A model generated the notes under the pieces. That model was not told where the DNA came from, searched no databases, and saw only the letters and a list, made by a program, of their open reading frames with translations. From Blastocladiella emersonii ATCC 22665 (taxonomy: Eukaryota > Fungi > Blastocladiomycota), in NCBI GenBank assembly GCA_025594325.1, contig JANHCV010000007.1:1736001-1800000 (forward strand): DNA of 64,000 nt. The letters are read 5' to 3'. Positions 61,048 to 64,000 of the stretch are shown here, piece after piece (position 1 is the first letter of the stretch; every line of letters starts with the position of its first letter). The position numbers and the translations under genes were made by a program.

Positions 61048-61466
61048 GGTCAACGATGGTTGTCGTGTGCGATGGTCGCGATGTAGCGTGAGATCCATGG
61101 TTTGCGTGATGGCGAGCAGAGTGCGGCGACTCTCAGTTCGCGGAGATTAGATTCATTAACGTTGTGGGTCGGGAGAGACAAGGTGCGAAGCGGCGAGCGA
61201 CGCGTTGGGGACGAGCGAGCGAGGGGACCGACGCGGCGCACGTGCGGCTTGCGCGCGCGCCACCACTCGCCTTTCACGCGAAGCAGGATGGAATAGAAAA
61301 AGTCATCAATCATATACAGAGCTGATACGGGGGGAGTGCAAATCAAGAGGCGAGCGGGCGGCCGGGCAGGGGGTAGGTGGTTGGTAGTCGGGGAGGGAGC
61401 GGGAGGGCCAAATATACAAGGAAGAGAGACACGGTTGAAGAGGCAGCACGGCGAGGCGGGCGGCCA

Positions 61467-62005
61467 TCAGACCTTGGTCGCGACGCACTTCTCGCCCATG
61501 AGCTTTCCGGCGAGCTGGTCGTGCGACGCCTTGCGGCACGAGTCGAGGTTGCCGCACTGGTGCGCCTCGGGGAGCCGGTGGCGCGAGCAGAACTTGGACG
61601 AGCAGTGGCGGCAGTCGCCGACGATGCGCGCAATCTTGTCCGAGCACCCGGGCAGGTTGCAACGCGTCGCGCTCTTCTTGGGCGCCGCCGGCGTGGGGGT
61701 CGCCGACGAGGGCGCCGCCGCGCGCGCCTCGACGACCACTGTCGCGCCGTCAACCAGACCCGCGGACGCGAGCGTCACCGACTCGTCGGCCAGCTCGGCG
61801 CCGCCGAACGTCAGCTTCTGGTTCGACACGGTCACGCCCTCCTTGGCCTGCACCTGCGCCTTGAGCGCGCCCACCGTGTCCGACGGCTGCGCCTCGGTCG
61901 CGAACGACTACGTGGTTGCGGGGGCGGCGGGTGAGTCGCCGGGTCGCATCATGGCACTCGACGACGACGACGCACCTTGCCGTTGAACTGGACAGTCAGC
62001 TGCAT
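61467..62005 (-). CDS. Ubiquitin-like domain + AN1-type zinc finger protein; intron 61908-61975
   Basis: MQLTVQFNGK|..TVGALKAQVQAKEG..QKLTFGG and CNLPGC..CRHCSSKFCSRHRLPEAHQC. Confidence 0.9.
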
Positions 62006-62170
62006 GGTGTTGCGGGAGGTGGGTGTGTTGGTGTGGGTGGTGGGGAGAGTAGGATGCAGGCAGAGGACCGACGCTGTGGACGACGGTGCAGTGCGAGCAG
62101 TGTTGGTGCGCGAGTGGGTGCGGGAGAGGGAGTTGAGCGGAGCGAGGACGGGCGCGGGGGCCGGCCGGGC

Positions 62171-62177
62171 TTTATAG
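62171..62177 (-). promoter_or_regulatory. TATA box upstream of the UBL-AN1 gene
   Basis: CCTATAAAG on the minus strand, ~165 nt upstream of the ATG. Confidence 0.5.
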
Positions 62178-62732
62178 GGCGGGAGGACCGTGGCAGTAGT
62201 GACTAAGAGCGTCGGCGCCACACACGCGAGCGAGAGCGAAACGACGTGATGGAAGGGCGGCGAAGTCCAAGTCCGAGTCGATTCGGCGCCGACTCGGTAG
62301 GCCGCTCTCGCCCTCCTGGGCACGATATGATTTTTTTAATCATCCTCCGTGAGCCGTGGCCGCCGTGGGCCGCCCGTAATAGCGGCCACCGTGGGAGATG
62401 GGCGACGGCGGCGGCCACCGTGACGATGACGCCACGCCTGACCTGCCCTGCTGACGTCTCCCTCGCCATCGCCATCGCGGCCGTGACCGTGACCACCGCC
62501 ACCACCCAAGCGGACCGTCTTGTGGCGGAGCGCGCGCCGCATGAGCGCAGCAGGGCGGCATGACTCGGGCTTGCTCTCTGACTCGCACCTCATGTCCGCG
62601 TGACCGCCGCGTGGCTGTGGCGCAGCGCCTTCCTGCTGTGGCGCAACGCTCGGACGCCACTCGCCACGCTCCCAACACGAACACGAGTGAGCAACACTGA
62701 GGAGTAGATATATAGTAAGTCAAGGAGCTCAC

Positions 62733-63755
62733 TTACGCCTGAACCAGGTTGGTCTCCATCTCGCTCGCGACCTTCTCGCCGAGCACGCGGCGCACGACCT
62801 CGAGCGACATGTCCCACAGGCGGGCCTGCATGGCCTCATCGCGGGCAAATGCCGAGGGCGTCGCCACCTCGCCGTACGGGACAAAGTAGGTGCCCGACGG
62901 TGCCTTGGCGTTGCCCTCCTCCGTATCGAGCGCCGCGTGGGTCGCGGCCGCGAGCGTGGTGCGCGCGCCGTTCTCGGGGTTCTTGGCAAACACCTTGGAC
63001 GCGACCGTGGCGAGCCCGGCCACGAACCCGCCGTACGCGCCGCCAATGTTGCGCTGCAGCTCCGTGTCGACGTAGCCCGGGTGCACCGCGTACACCTTGG
63101 CCCAGGGCGCGCGCGCCGCCACGTACTTGGTGAAGAGCAGGTTGCACAGCTTCGACTGCCCGTACGCGCCCGTCGGCGAGTAGATGGCCTCGGACGCGTG
63201 CTTGCCGGCCGCGTCCTTGGCGTCGCCCTCGCGCACCATGACCTGGTCGAGCGTCGACAGGCCCCAGCTGTACGGCATCGTGTGCGCGAGCGACGACAGG
63301 TTGACAATGCGCGGCGGCGTCGGCCCGTCGCGGCGCAGCGACGGCAGCAGGAGCATCGTCCACACGAAATGCGCAAAGTGGTTGACGCCGATCTGCGACT
63401 CGAGCCCGTCCTTGGTCAGCGCGTACGGGCACATCATGATGCCCGCGTTGTTGACGAGCACGTCGATCTTGAGCCCGCGCGCGGCGAGCTTGCGCGCGGC
63501 CGCCTCGACCTGCTGCAGCGAGTTGAGGTCGAGCTCGGCAAACTCGAGAGGCGGGCACGCGTCGCCGAGCTCCTCCTGGATCGACGCGATCGCAGCGAGC
63601 GCCTTGGCCTCGGACCGGCACGCCAGCACCACGCGCGCGCCGTGCTTGGCCAGCTGCCGCGTCGTCGTGAGCCCGATGCCCGTGTTGGCGCCCGTCACCA
63701 CAAACACCTTGCCGTGGAGGTCCGGGATCTGGTCCACCGAGAATCCTGCGCCCAT
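62733..63755 (-). CDS. Short-chain dehydrogenase/reductase (RDH12/WWOX-like)
   Basis: VTGANTGIG, LVNNAGIM, GVNHFAHF, NLSS, YGQSK and HPGYVDTEL. Confidence 0.95.
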   Translation of the reverse strand: MGAGFSVDQIPDLHGKVFVVTGANTGIGLTTTRQLAKHGARVVLACRSEAKALAAIASIQEELGDACPPLEFAELDLNSLQQVEAAARKLAARGLKIDVLVNNAGIMMCPYALTKDGLESQIGVNHFAHFVWTMLLLPSLRRDGPTPPRIVNLSSLAHTMPYSWGLSTLDQVMVREGDAKDAAGKHASEAIYSPTGAYGQSKLCNLLFTKYVAARAPWAKVYAVHPGYVDTELQRNIGGAYGGFVAGLATVASKVFAKNPENGARTTLAAATHAALDTEEGNAKAPSGTYFVPYGEVATPSAFARDEAMQARLWDMSLEVVRRVLGEKVASEMETNLVQA

Positions 63756-64000
63756 GTTGTTGTTGATGATGATGATACGTTGCAAAGTAGAGTGTTCACT
63801 GAGAGCGCGGGGGAGAGAGGGGCGAGGGCGGCGGGCGCCTTTGAGCGCGCGCGATGCGCCCCGGCCAAGGCGCGCTTACTCATGCCGAGGCGCCGCCACG
63901 TGGCCACGCCGCTCACGTGACGCGCCAAATGATCCGGTCGCACGCGCGCGTTTCCGGCACTGGCCGAAAGGGAAGGGACGCGGCGGTCCAGAGCGCGCGG

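Overview
This is a GC-rich eukaryotic (fungal) genomic window with short spliceosomal introns (about 55-90 nt; donors GTACGC/GTCCGT/GTATGT, branch CTRAC, YAG acceptors). The style fits an early-diverging zoosporic fungus such as Allomyces, which is an inference. Two compact gene-dense arms (1-28.4 kb and 49-64 kb) hold about 28 genes. These include RPL10, a CAMK-type kinase, a miniature cortactin-like protein, PWP1, VPS55, two NIF/FCP1-like paralogs, SNU13, a PsuG-PsuK fusion, a ferritin-like protein, uL15m, mitochondrial AsnRS, Ub-RPL40, COMT, two HotDog thioesterases, SEN15, SNX41/ATG20, a lipase, NPC1, a UBL-AN1 protein and an SDR. Between the arms lies a transposon island of about 20 kb (28.4-48.2 kb). 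It contains a gypsy integrase relic and two Helitron RepHel relics. One relic is split by a 5.4-kb LTR element with 211-bp LTRs, a GAACC target-site duplication and a self-priming-type PBS. The island also holds a 5.1-kb segment bounded by an imperfect inverted repeat and AGATCT-rich arrays, carrying a PIF1 relic and intron-containing cargo genes. The best leads are: (1) an operon-like SEN15/thioesterase/thioesterase run with an ATGA stop-start overlap and a 15-bp spacer; (2) a 119-aa minimal cortactin; (3) the AGATCT-array element; (4) LTR divergence almost entirely at CpG. All splice models and family calls were made by eye and no database searches were run.
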